Source: Trichoplax adhaerens
Taxonomy: Eukaryota; Animalia; Placozoa
DNA length: 64,000 nucleotides
NCBI RefSeq assembly: GCF_000150275.1
Contig: NW_002060958.1
Location: 1,196,088-1,260,087, forward strand
Direction of reading: 5' to 3'
Shown: positions 42,538 to 54,863 of the stretch, in pieces
How the letters are laid out: every line of letters begins with the position of its first letter
Numbering within the stretch: position 1 is the stretch's first letter
Translations under genes and position numbers: made by a program
Notes under the pieces: model-generated
Told to the model about the DNA's origin: nothing
Database searches by the model: none
The model's input: only the letters and a program-made list of their open reading frames with translations

Positions 42538-44022
42538 TAAATAGTTCGTATACTGCAGTTCAATTTTATCAATCTTTCTTAATAATAACATTGCTATGTT
42601 ACTGTATTGATGTTCGACTGAGTAATCTTAATGAATATTTCTATATATTGATAGATAGGCTTTGCAGTGTATTTTAGTATTTTTATAGGATTGTAATAAT
42701 GCTATCTTTTAGATGTTTCTATCCAATAATTTATTGTTCAAACGTTCTATTGGACAGGCAGTCTGATTTATAAAATGAGTGATAAACAATTAAGAGTCGA
42801 TTAGATTGACTGTGCAGGAATTAGCGTAGAACTATTCTGGCAATATTTTTGATGAATACTAGCATTGGAATAAGTGCAGAGTAAGGAACAATGCTTGAGT
42901 GTTAATAACTTACTATACTGTCGTAGTTCAAGATGCAGTGACAACTCATATATAGGCTACGAATGTTGGAAGAATTGGTGATTCAACTTCACTATTGGCT
43001 AACTGAGGAAATCAATTATTAAGAATCATTTTTATTACAGATATAATTACTGACTGAAATGCATATATGTACTGTACTATGCATTACCACCACAGTATCA
43101 TGAAAATGAAAATTTTAATAAAAATTGTAGAAAATGAAGAGTAGGTTGCTTGGTCGCTTCCGCAGCCGAGCTATTGTACTGTACAAATAGACTATAATAA
43201 CGATTAAGCGTGGAATAGGCGTATATAATTGGTGATGTTTTGAATTGTAGATACTGATTCTGAAAATATGGGTTAATTTATTTAAATAGCTGTCACTACG
43301 AATAGCAATGAGTACGGTACGAGATCGCTTACTTATCAATAATCCTAGATACTTTGTTTAGTGAAAAAAAAAAAAAATGGATGATGTAAATGTTTAAATC
43401 ACGATGTATTTACAGGGTTATGCGAAGAATTTCCTGCAGCGTCGTGTCGGTTGAGATATACTGTATTCCGTAACGAAATGAATAAGTGATATCGCTCACA
43501 TAAACCTACAGGACGACTATAAGCACTGACAATCTCCTATCGTCAAGAGGAGCAGTAATACAACACTAGTCTCTCTTCGACATCGCTGAACCCAAACTTT
43601 ATTTAAAAAGTCAGTCAATTTATAAAATCTCCATCAACATCAATTATTATCAGATTATAGATAATATTCTAAAACAGCAGTACGTAGTTATCTATTTTGA
43701 ACATGTTTTTTAAAACGTCGTGGATAAATTAATGAAAATGCATTCCTGGATAAATTATCTAATGGAATGTACAGTATGTTACGACCATAAAAGTTAAAAG
43801 TTATGCCGTAATATCTGGGCTAGAGCCTTGAATTATCTTTTCAAGATGCTATTTACGCGTATGGTTAATGTTGATGAAAATGTAAGATACGACTGATTCA
43901 GTGCTTATTCGCTCGCTGTGAGAAAACGAAATGGAAGTCATCTTCGAAAATTTGTTGCGTTATGAAATCGATCAAATAGTATCATGTCACGGCATACAAG
44001 TAGCTAATCGTAGACAATCTGA

Positions 44023-44530
44023 TTGCCTAATCATGTCATGACAGTTTATTCATTTATTGATTAGAAATATAGAACCAACGTCTTCTATTGCAGTTGTGAC
44101 CATAAAGCAAATCGTGCAGAAAATGATCCCACAATCAGAATCATTTGCTATCACTTACTCTCTGTATACAGTACAGTAGTGTAATTTGTTGCCTAATCAT
44201 GTCATAACAGTTTTTCATTTATTGATTGGAAATATAGAACCAACGTCTTCTATTGCAGTTGTGACCATAAAGCAAATCGTACAGAAACTGATCCCACAGT
44301 CAGAATCATTTGCTTATTTTGCTATCACTTACTCTCAGTATACAGTACAGTAGTGTAATTTGTTGCCTAATCATGTCATAACAGTTTTTCATTTATTGAT
44401 TGGAAATATAGAACCAACGTCTTCTATTGCAGTTGTGACCATAAAGCAAATCGTGCAGAAAATGATCCCACAATCAGAATCATTTGCTATCACTTACTCT
44501 CAGTATACAGTACAGTAGTGTAATTTGTTG
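44023..44530 (+). repeat. Tandem repeat, 3 near-identical copies of ~166-174 bp
   Basis: Units start ttgcctaatcatgtca at 44023, 44189 and 44363. The middle copy carries a short internal insertion. Confidence 0.97.
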
Positions 44531-45322
44531 ACTTGCTAATAAGGTATGGATTAATGAATTAACAAACTTTCTTTCATTAATGAATTAATGATGTCATTCT
44601 TGGTGGAGCAATACGCGTCAAAATAGTTGATCGCTTTAGTCGCCCAGTGATGGAAAATCATTTATTCTTTCTTTTTGCGACTACTCAACTTCTTTTTTGG
44701 TAGTTTTGATCCTAAATACTTTAATTGTACAGTTATTGATAGTGCAATGTCATCCGTTTTCTTCGATATGTTTGCGAATGGTCCAAACTAGAAGAAAAAC
44801 GCTTGGATCCTATCCATATATGCGCGTACATATGGGGGATCACGTCGTCTCTTCCTGCCCAAAACGAGTCCCTTTAATTACGATTGGGCTAGTACCGACA
44901 GATGGACAGGATGGCGGTACCGGTACAGGGCTAAAAATAAGTCAATCTTGATGGAATGTTCTAGAATGCGATGGTAAATGTGATATTGCGCACTCTCAGA
45001 ATACCCTCTCTGACTTATAAGACACAGGACTGAACTGTACTGGTACATAGTCCAGTACAGTTTCTTTATTATGCTTGCATAATACACCATGATGATAGCA
45101 TTGGTACAGTACAGTATACTGTAGTAGTGCAACGGTAGTGGACTAAAAGTGGATCAAGAAAAACTTGAATTCATTAATCCCATAAATAAAGGATATATAC
45201 TGTACAGTGGACACTATACTATGGACTATGGACTACCTAAAAAAAGACCTTTTCCCTATTAGTCCATATGATACGAGGCCATTTTTGACGGTACTTTACC
45301 ATAGTTGCCATTGTGACTTGGA

Positions 45323-45330
45323 TGACGTCA
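45323..45330. promoter_or_regulatory. Perfect CRE (TGACGTCA) in the putative CNC-bZIP promoter, with further GACGTCA/TGACGTG half-sites at ~45647-45673
   Basis: Motif matches within a GC-richer island upstream of a candidate 5' UTR donor (AG|GTAAAG at 45867). Confidence 0.4.
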
Positions 45331-46048
45331 GAATTCAACACGGTTCAATGCATACGTGGAAGTAGTAACCAAGTGACGATGGTACCGGACTACCAGTACA
45401 GTACAATATTTGAGCTACAGTACACAGTACGCACTGAGTGCGTTTGTGCTTGGCTAAGACAGTAGCCAACTGCTCAGAACATATCGATAGCCTATGTATT
45501 TTCACTAGGGATTCCTTTTTCCTTTTACAGTCTATTTTCATCGGCGCTACAGTGCAGCAGCAGAGTCCAAGTTGGTTATTTATTTACGGGACGGTTGAAA
45601 CGAATTTATTTTCACCCCCTTTGCTTGACTGACTTGTTAAAGGTCAGACGTCACATAGCAGACGGTTGACGTGCAGTGCATTGAAAGTTAGTACCGTATT
45701 CGGTACAGTACAGTACGATATAGACTTGTGTATCAGATCATTACGGACCAGTCTGCTTGAGTTGGCCCTCTTGCTTTTTTTTCTTGTCTGTCTTTGCTAC
45801 GGCACTCCTGTTGGCCATTTTCTTCCATAGCTGGTTAAAAGAGAAAATTTATAGTCTAATTAAAAGGTAAAGAACACTAACGATTTTTGTCTTATTCTTA
45901 GATTTTTTCCAATTTGTCTATAGTACTACCTTGTTGATGAGGAAAGACACCTTTTGGGTGATTGATCGTTTCATAGAAAGTAAAGTCAATGAGTGTTTTT
46001 CTCCATTTTCTTGTTTTGACACAGTACAGTGAAAAGTGAGAAAGATAC

Positions 46049-46065
46049 AGAGAGAGAGAGAGAGA
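46049..46065 (+). repeat. (AG)n microsatellite upstream of the CNC start codon
   Basis: agagagagagagagaga. Confidence 0.85.
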
Positions 46066-46203
46066 AAAATCCACTTGAAAGTACTGTTTTGGTGAAGAAA
46101 GTGCTGACAGAAATAATTTCGACTGTTAGTTCAATTCAATATTGATACAACTCCACTTGGCGACAACGCCATTCTTGGATAGAAAGAAATCAAAGGTACA
46201 GTG

Positions 46204-48162
46204 ATGCTTTCAGCAACGGATCTACAACAGTTCATCGTCGGTATTTTAACCGATGTAGCAACGTTATATGTTTGCGCATCAAGACAAGAACTGATGCCAT
46301 ATTTAAAATTGGATGACAATGTCATCCATAAAATGAAATCGCCAATGTGGGATGAAGCTGTAAAAACGATGAGTAAATATCCACAAAGTACTTTACAATT
46401 TCCTTCGGGTTATCATAACAGCTTTTCACATAATATTCACTGGCCAACTCAAGCGGTTGTTGCTTTCTTTGATGTGGTACCCGACGAACAAAATATCAAC
46501 GAGCAGGCTGACAACGGCAACAGCAATGAAATGCCGAATGAACTTGCCAATGATGATGAAATGGATGATATTTTCTCAAATGTTGAGGAAGAAATTACCA
46601 CAGACTACAATACCAACTTGTTAACTCCTGGAGAACTATCATCAGCTGTTCTCTCCATGAAATCCAATACCACGGGTGAATTCGATTGGGATTATTGGCA
46701 TTTTGGTAATGATGACACCCCCAACATGCTGCCATTAAATGGTTGGAAAGGCGATGACAATAAAGGCATTGCATCATTGACTGGCAACGCTGTCAATGGT
46801 CTCAACGATGAAGACTCATTCGCGTTAGCTAATATCGTTGATGATGATGATAATAACAATTTGGGTGTGAGTGAAGATTGGTGGGGGCAATTGCCGACTG
46901 ATTTCGTCGATAGCCCAAGCGAAGGATGTAGTAATGGCTATAGAAGTGACGGCAATAATACCGATCAAAGTATCTCACCATCTGTGATTGCTGCCGACAG
47001 CGACAGCAACAGTCGTAGCGAAGCATGGGATCAAATCAAGAAACATATCAATGATGATGAGGTTCTACTTCACTCTATCAATAGCTTAGCATCTCATCAA
47101 AGTTCGCAGGGATTTCTACCATTTATTCCTCCAAATATAGCAGATATTAGCCCTATTTCTCGTAATGGATTTAGTTGGGATCATTCTGGACAAGATGATG
47201 CATCTGGCTTTAATACAAATCAAAACGATTTATTTCACGAATTAGGATTAGAATTAGATGTTCTTGGTAGTCAAAGCAATAATGAAGCTTCCTTACATCT
47301 TAATAGAGATGGACCGCTCAGTATCTCGACCACGAATGATAATCATTTTCTACATCATGGAATACCCAATAGTTCTTTTAATAATGCCACCGGTAATCCT
47401 TATGGTGAGTTCTTTGATCTAATGGGTTTAGATAATCAATCTCCAACTGGCGAATTAAAAGGCGACTTACCTTTCCAACCAATACAAGCGTCCAGAAATG
47501 GAGTTGCTTCAAATGCTAGCCAACCTCATGTCCCACCTTATAGCAGTAGCTCATCCTCTTCAAGGGATGCAGTATATGCGTTATTTACCGATAGCCGCCC
47601 TTACGAATGTAACCCTCAAACCATGGGTGCAACGATGGACATGGGAACTTTTTTCGGTTATAACAATGATGCTATTCGGCTAGAAAATTCCATGGTTGAT
47701 TCTCATCAGGTTGCCAGTCAAAGTCAGCCTATTGGCGAATGGGCGTCTGCTAATGGGACTGTTGTTTATGGTGAGACGCAAAGCGAATTTGCTGAAATAT
47801 TTGGTGTACCAACCAATAGCATGTTAGTTTTACCAGTACCTGAGCGCGAATTAGTTGACATGCCTGTTAATGAGTTTCTAGCCATGATTGAGCGTTTACC
47901 CAGTGATGTTGCAGCCCTTGCTAGAGATGTTAGGAGACGTGGCAAAAATAAGTTTGCGGCTCGTAACTGTCGAAAAAGAAAGATCGACGACATAGATGGC
48001 TTAAAAGATGAAGTAGACGAATTAGAAGTGCAGAAAGAGAGTCTGCTTGCAGAAGTTAAAAAACTCGAAGAAGAAAGCGAGAAATATCGTAAAAAAAGTG
48101 AAGCCATGTACAAGAAAATCGAAAAATATGTAAAAATGAAGGAAGCTAACAATCGATCTTGA
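46204..48162 (+). CDS. Cap'n'collar (CNC) bZIP transcription factor, Nrf/NFE2L family, single coding exon, ~652 aa
   Basis: CNC domain LPVPERELVDMPVNEF followed by basic region RDVRRRGKNKFAARNCRKRK and a leucine zipper (L..EVDELEVQKESLLAEVKKL). Long acidic N-terminal region. An in-frame TAG at 46180 makes ATG 46204 the likely start unless an upstream coding exon is spliced in. Confidence 0.93.
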   Translation: MLSATDLQQFIVGILTDVATLYVCASRQELMPYLKLDDNVIHKMKSPMWDEAVKTMSKYPQSTLQFPSGYHNSFSHNIHWPTQAVVAFFDVVPDEQNINEQADNGNSNEMPNELANDDEMDDIFSNVEEEITTDYNTNLLTPGELSSAVLSMKSNTTGEFDWDYWHFGNDDTPNMLPLNGWKGDDNKGIASLTGNAVNGLNDEDSFALANIVDDDDNNNLGVSEDWWGQLPTDFVDSPSEGCSNGYRSDGNNTDQSISPSVIAADSDSNSRSEAWDQIKKHINDDEVLLHSINSLASHQSSQGFLPFIPPNIADISPISRNGFSWDHSGQDDASGFNTNQNDLFHELGLELDVLGSQSNNEASLHLNRDGPLSISTTNDNHFLHHGIPNSSFNNATGNPYGEFFDLMGLDNQSPTGELKGDLPFQPIQASRNGVASNASQPHVPPYSSSSSSSRDAVYALFTDSRPYECNPQTMGATMDMGTFFGYNNDAIRLENSMVDSHQVASQSQPIGEWASANGTVVYGETQSEFAEIFGVPTNSMLVLPVPERELVDMPVNEFLAMIERLPSDVAALARDVRRRGKNKFAARNCRKRKIDDIDGLKDEVDELEVQKESLLAEVKKLEEESEKYRKKSEAMYKKIEKYVKMKEANNRS

Positions 48163-51100
48163 ATGAATGTTCCAATGTGATGCCTATCTTAAGTTCCTGT
48201 AGTCTGAAGAACGATTCTTTTTAATTAAAGATCCTATTTGAAAAACATCGTACTAACAGCATGTTGATAGCATGGTAGACAACAATCGTAGTAGCTGTTG
48301 TACCAAATATGATGTTAACCTTTGTGTAAAACACTACGTGGCGACAGTTTGTTAATATTGTATGCAGACGCATTCGTTATGAACTTTTAATTCATAAAAT
48401 ACATTTACATATGTATTTATCAACATTTTATTTTTTTGGTCGCCAATGGCAGTATCAACCCATGTTTGATCATAAAAATTTACTTTGAAGGCCTTATTAT
48501 TGGACTGAAAGATTTTAACTGTTAAGCATGTGTTGAAATCTTCAGCAAGGCATAAGATATCTAGAATAATGATATCTGGTGCTTTGGTTATTATCGTATA
48601 TAGAGTTTATCTGTTTTCCTGGCTCAGACTACAGCATTGGTTCTAAGGCGAACAATCGGCAACTTTTGATTTAATGTACATAACATTTTGTTGCAAATCG
48701 GCTATGCGCTATTACTTCTTGCCGTTTCAACTATAAAATTGACTATACTAGCGTTTACGGTTAGCCGTTGTTACCTATCTTTATATGAAATGGATTGAAG
48801 TTGCTGTCATGAAATAGATATGTGCATCTTTCTAGTATCAATAATTAATAGTAAGATGAAAGTAGACAAGTTATGCGTATACATATTTTGGTATTGCTTC
48901 TGCTGTTACTTGTTATTAGGTCAATAATATTGCTTGTATGAATTTATCTAAGTCTTGCTTTCTAATTATGATTACTTAGCAATGTCATGCCAGCATTATC
49001 AAATTCAGAATATGATAGAATTGTTTCTTTATCGATAATCTATCATGTTAGTTTTTGGTGATATAAATCCAATAGTTTAAGTCTTTATTTGTTATCGATA
49101 CTTAGTATCGCTGATAACTTTAGAACTCTTTGATCGACAATAATAAAATTAGCTGCTTTTAAGCGGTCTTAATGTATTCAGGCATTGACTAATTATTCGG
49201 CTTTGGGAGGCTAGGATATCCTCGATTGATTTTCATTACTGCAAAGAGCATACAAGGGCTAGAGGATTACAGTCTTGTAAATAGGATGCCACAGGAAATT
49301 ACATCACTATGTAGCCATTTTGCAGTTATAGAATTAATTTTGGGAGTTTTAGTTACTGAACCGCTGTTGTAAATTGCTATTCATTCCGTCAAGTTAACTA
49401 TCTTGGGTTAATTTGTTCAACTTTTATCAATTCTGTATGTAACATTTACGTTTTATCGTCAATAACGTACAACTGTTACAGATGCCTAATTTTACTTTAG
49501 CTAAAATTTAAAATACTTTGATAGCAGTTCTATCATACCATTATTAGCTGCATACTTTGCTCAAATAAGGCCGTAAAGAAAACGTAGGTTACTTTTTGGA
49601 TGTACGGCTCTGTATTGATAACAACATCGTTGCAGTTTAAGCAAATATCTTGCACTTGATGCGACAGGATCTATCAGCGATCTCTTGAGAATTTATGGAA
49701 TGAGTTTGCAAGTTAGACGGCAGGGGTAAATCGTCATACAGCGTTAGAGGAAGTACTTAATTATTTTTCATTTAAGAATTGGGTAACGGAATCATTTATT
49801 AACTGCTGAATTATGAATCTTTGAAATTTCGTCTACGCCATGCACTACAGATTCAGTAGTCTATGATATTGGAGCTATAGCGCTTACCGTTTCTGCTTGC
49901 TACCAGCTTTTGCATTATATACAGTACTTTAGTTTCGAAAATGTAACATATACCCTAACCTAAACTCAAATCATGCAATAGATTTTACTGTAGTGCATAA
50001 TCTGGAGCTGAGTAGAGAATAACGAAACATTATTGAATTTACTTGCCATGGCGTGTCTATTAACTCTCGCTAATTGTTATATTCATATAGCATGCAAATA
50101 GGTTATCTACTCTCTATTGCATAAGTTGTTTTGGTCTTAGAAATTTGCAGTTATTAACAAGTCTGTTGCTATCTTTCATCATTATTATTATGCTGTACTT
50201 TTCTCCTATATATATAAACATTTTCAGTAACTGCATTTATAGTATCAGCTTATGTTGCACAATACATATTACCTTGGATCACACACAGTATTGTATTGCA
50301 CGAAATAAATTACCGCAATTAGATCTAGTGACCAGAATAATGATGAAAATCAAAAAATTACTCACTGTCCTTTACGATAGGATCAAATTTTGTCCTCAAA
50401 GTACTGAACGTAATAATATTTATTCGATCAGAAGACCGTATTCATAAATCATACTCATAAACTTACATTATTGCAATTAGCTAACTTTTATTTGACATTT
50501 GGGCGAAGTAATATTTTCGGGACAACTGTCAGCGATGCAGTAATATTGTTTCTAAAGCAATATTTATATGGCTCCATGCCTATCATAACTTTATTTTATA
50601 ACAATAAAATGCAAACAAACATCGTGTTTTTTAAACAAATAAATACCAATGATAGGAGAAAACGGTTTTCTTTCAATTAATTGAAACAAATATTAGTTAA
50701 TTAAAAAATGCGGTAGTAAAATAGTTGCATGATTTAATGGTATGACTAATGACTGGAAACCATTGAGAATAATTTATCCTCTCTAAAATAACCTTAGTAA
50801 GTTTATTGTTATGTATTAGGCTAGCGTCACATTTGTTCTTATTTAAGTCACTTTGTCTGTGTTATGCCTTTTATCAAATTATAGATAATAGGAATAGGAA
50901 CTCTTGACAACTGCAGCATGATACTATAGTGTTGGACTACCTTAATATAAGCATGAAAGAAAAGGTACAACAATTTAATTACCATACTAAACTTTGCAAA
51001 GCAATTTTATTCAAATAAAGTACGTAAGTATCCTTAAATATACAATCACGTAGCTACAGACATTGAGGCGCATGCTAAGGGTAAATGGCTTCATGATATC

Positions 51101-51634
51101 AAATTTGTCGTATAGCAGTAATAGAGGCAACAACTTGTCATTTTTTTTTAGCTCTAATGTACATTTAAGAATGTGAGAGATTTCTACAATCAGATCGGAA
51201 ATTCCTTTTCTTGGAACAACAATCGAATCGCTAGAAGGGCTAGTTTAAATACTACGGCATTCATCACATCTTAATTTGTTTTGTAATTTCGAATCTGAAT
51301 CCATTTTAGTACCGAAGATTGCAAGATTTCTTAACATAGATACAGGTCAGTCCTAGATACAGCTAAGAATAAAATTTGGTTCACTTCCACTGCTCTTCGT
51401 CTATCATGCTGATTATACTGTACACACGCTTTCTAAAATATCTTAACTAGTTGTAAACCATTTCCTGAGTAACCTCCAGCATGACGATACTAATGGCCGT
51501 CTTAGAACTACTGCAGTTTAACTTCCAGCTCACTATGACTATTCTGGACTGTCTACTATCCGCTAAACTAATTGATTGAATTCTCCATGGTGACGGCAGT
51601 TACTATACCAGGTCCAGTATGTCACATCGACTTT

Positions 51635-51780
51635 ACTGTACAGTGTACAGTGTACAGTACAGTACCTCCATAAAAGTGCAAGTACTGTAATGTAAATACT
51701 GTACTGTACACAGTGTACAGTACAGTAGCAGTAGTACAGTACAGTACTGTACAGTGTACACTGTGCACTGTACGTTACTG
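51635..51780. repeat. Low-complexity cluster of TACAG/CTGTA/TGTACA motifs with nested palindromes
   Basis: tactgtacagtgtacagtgtacagtacagtac ... tactgtactgtacacagtgtacagtacagtagcagtagtacagtacagtactgtacagtgtacactgtgcactgtacg. Confidence 0.85.
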
Positions 51781-54700
51781 TGCTTTTATAGCACTGACTG
51801 AACAGTATTTAGTCCAACATTCCCATGCGCTTCTGTAGTGTCGAATCTCATTACTGTAACTGAAGGACTGTAACTGGCGGAAACCGACTTTCCCTGGGTG
51901 TTTTCCTTGTCAAATTGGAAGACATTTGAATGGTTTGGTTTTATTACAGGACATTTTTATTCAGAGAATTGGATAATAGGTAAGAAAAGTTGAAAATGAT
52001 ATAGTAATCTGATCTAGATGAAATTACTCTTATCCTTGTAATAACTGAAATTAGCGTATTTCGTCTGTGAAGTATAAGAGATTCAATTACATTGAACGCG
52101 GCGGCGCCAATAATGTCGTGATATTATTCTTTGAGCATTTCAACTTGGACGCATATTGTCGATGCGTAATATGAGAGTCCGTCGAGAAAAGTTTTCCTGT
52201 AGTACTTTGTGCTAAAGCCAATCTTACGAGCGCTGTTTCTTACTGTTGAATTTCCACTTTTACCAATGCCTTTGAAAATATAGTAGGCTAGATGTGCATT
52301 TAACTGCAACGCTACTGACAATGCCCACCTCTTTGCTCAAGATATCTGTACTGTCATTTGTAATGCGTTTTCCTTTACTAAGCAGTACACTACTCTACTG
52401 TATATCAGTGGGCTTGATGATTCATTTCTGAACTGGCAAGTTATGAAAAAGTCAGTACAATGAATGGACATTTACACTAGGGATGGATATTCGAATTAAC
52501 GATTGGCCTACTCTTTACCTTCAAGCATACACTTTACTGCCGTACTTTGAAAAAGGTGAATTGGCCATTTCAATAGGAAAGAAAGGCATTGCACGTGCGT
52601 AGAATGCATTCCTGCATAATACGTATCCGTATCGCGCGCTCTATCACTGTCAGTACTGAGCAAGCATAACTACTTATAAACATTCACCGACAGTTCAACT
52701 GCAGAACTTGGGTAGAAGGCTCTCTTCAGCTTGAAAAAAACAAGACATCATTTTACTCCCGCACCTTTTTTTCTCTACAGCCATTTTTTTTCTTAGCATC
52801 AGTAATTTGCAACCTCCTTATTCACTCCGACGAGATTTTTAACAATGGAGATACTATGGATCATTCACCTAACTATGCTGTCAAGCATTCCCTACCTAGT
52901 TGACCGTTTCAAAAATTTTCTGTGAAGGATTACGCCAGTTGTGCATCAAGCTACAATTATCAACATACCCCATTTTAATCATCGTATAGTATGCAATTAG
53001 AACATTCAAGGCACTTCTTTCTTAATATATAATCAGCACACACGGTGTCTATAGACTTTTCTCTCTGTGGTAAAAATTGATTACAAATTCGGCAAAAGTT
53101 GTTGGTTGACCTGCTTTGATGATAGTGTGATTCATAACGAGTGAAGCGAATAGTAACCCGAATCACAAAATAGTCGTACTACAATATGCTATTGTGTCAG
53201 ACGGACGGAGTTACGATGGTGACAGGTTGCATCCACCTTTTTATGACGATAAATTGAATTTCTTCCGACACTGGTTCAACCATAGTTGAGATTCGATGCC
53301 AGTTCTTTGCAGTTACAAAGTAAGCAATGGGACTTCTTTGAATAATCCTTGACTGACCTGCATCAGAATCAATCGCCGTATACAGTAGTAGCTTTCGTAG
53401 TTTCCTAAACGATTGTAGGACTTTCCTTGAAAGTACATCTTTTGATGTTTGTCTATTTGGTTATTGTTGGTGTGTGTTGTTATTGTTATTATTTTTCTCC
53501 CACAAGTCCACAACTAACGAACTAGTCCTTTTAGAGTATTTGAAAGTTCATATACAATTTTGGGTCAAGTGGTAATGGCTAGAATGTCGCACATAGGGTC
53601 TATAAATACAGCAGGATTAGTGACTTTAATAGTGGTCTTATTTGTCGTAGCTACAAGGGATCTTTGCTTTTCTGCTTGTTAAAACTAGTCCATTTCAATG
53701 ATCTCGTAAATTCACATCAGATGCTTATTTTGATTACGATTTGGAAAGTGTCAATTCAGAGTTCCTCTGTGTGAAGATAGGGGCCTCACACCTCACTACA
53801 AGAATAATTAATATTTGTTTTGCATGGCTCTGTAGCATATCTGAAAGTAGTTGGGTTATAATTTGAGCATTCCAGTTCATTAATTAATCTGTAGTTTACA
53901 ATACCGACTTCTTAATCGGATTATTACTATTTATTATATTCGTATCTTATTTTGTACGTCGAGTGATATTTGGTTTTTGATGGAAAATTTATAGAATAGA
54001 CCATTAGTATCGATTAAAAACAGCCGACATTTCAACAAATCCGAAATGCTGTATGTTGGATTAAATTGGTTAATCGTTTAATTAGCAAACTCGATACGAG
54101 TATGTTTTCATTACAACCGAAGTTACAGCGATGCTTTTAATACCGATAAAAATAAAGTTACTCGCAAATTTATCAATTGATTCATTTCAGAGATAACTAT
54201 GATATTTCGTAGCCCAACTATGCCAAGTAAAAAGTTTTCATCAATGATTCGCCTTGCTTTGTATGTACAGTTTGAACTCGCGACTTTTATTCTCGATACC
54301 AGTTATACGCTACGCCGATAATAGCTGACTACCTCTGTATCACCCGATACGAAATCGCATTAGCGTAGAAGTTAATTTTTGACAATAATAATAGCTCATT
54401 ACTGCTTTGCCGCACGCTGCAAAATTGTGCTAGATTAGAGCTTAAATTTTATAGAGTTAACACGCTGTACGATATGTAATGCTCGATCTTTTGCTGTCCA
54501 TATTACAGTATTCGCCGTTATCATCAAACCATAACATTTTAATGGGTTATTATTGTAAATTTCTTAATGGAAGGCTTTAAAGATGTAACTATGCCTACTG
54601 CATGATAATTGATAACCCTTGCACGGGTGGCCAAATAACCTAATACATAAAGCACTTCCTTTTCATTCGTGCACAATTTAGCAAGTTTAGCGGTTACACC

Positions 54701-54863
54701 TAAATGCGTTAGATAGTGACGCTACATACAACCGCTTTGTTTGACAAAACTATAATAACTACATCGTTTACAATCAATAGTGCGATCGATACTTAATTGC
54801 TATGCCTGGATATTTTTTTCCGATCTTATAGTGCTAGATTTAAAGAATAACAATTTACAAACA

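Noticed and set aside
46595-48152. Short overlapping ORFs within the CNC gene, including the 128 aa antisense ORF
   Set aside because: Shadow frames of a clear coding exon, with no independent signature.
53230-53370. BED zinc-finger-like pattern on the minus strand (HCLLCNC...G*TS...YRH)
   Set aside because: Contains a stop, spacing is off, and no hAT transposase motifs are nearby; not enough for a call.
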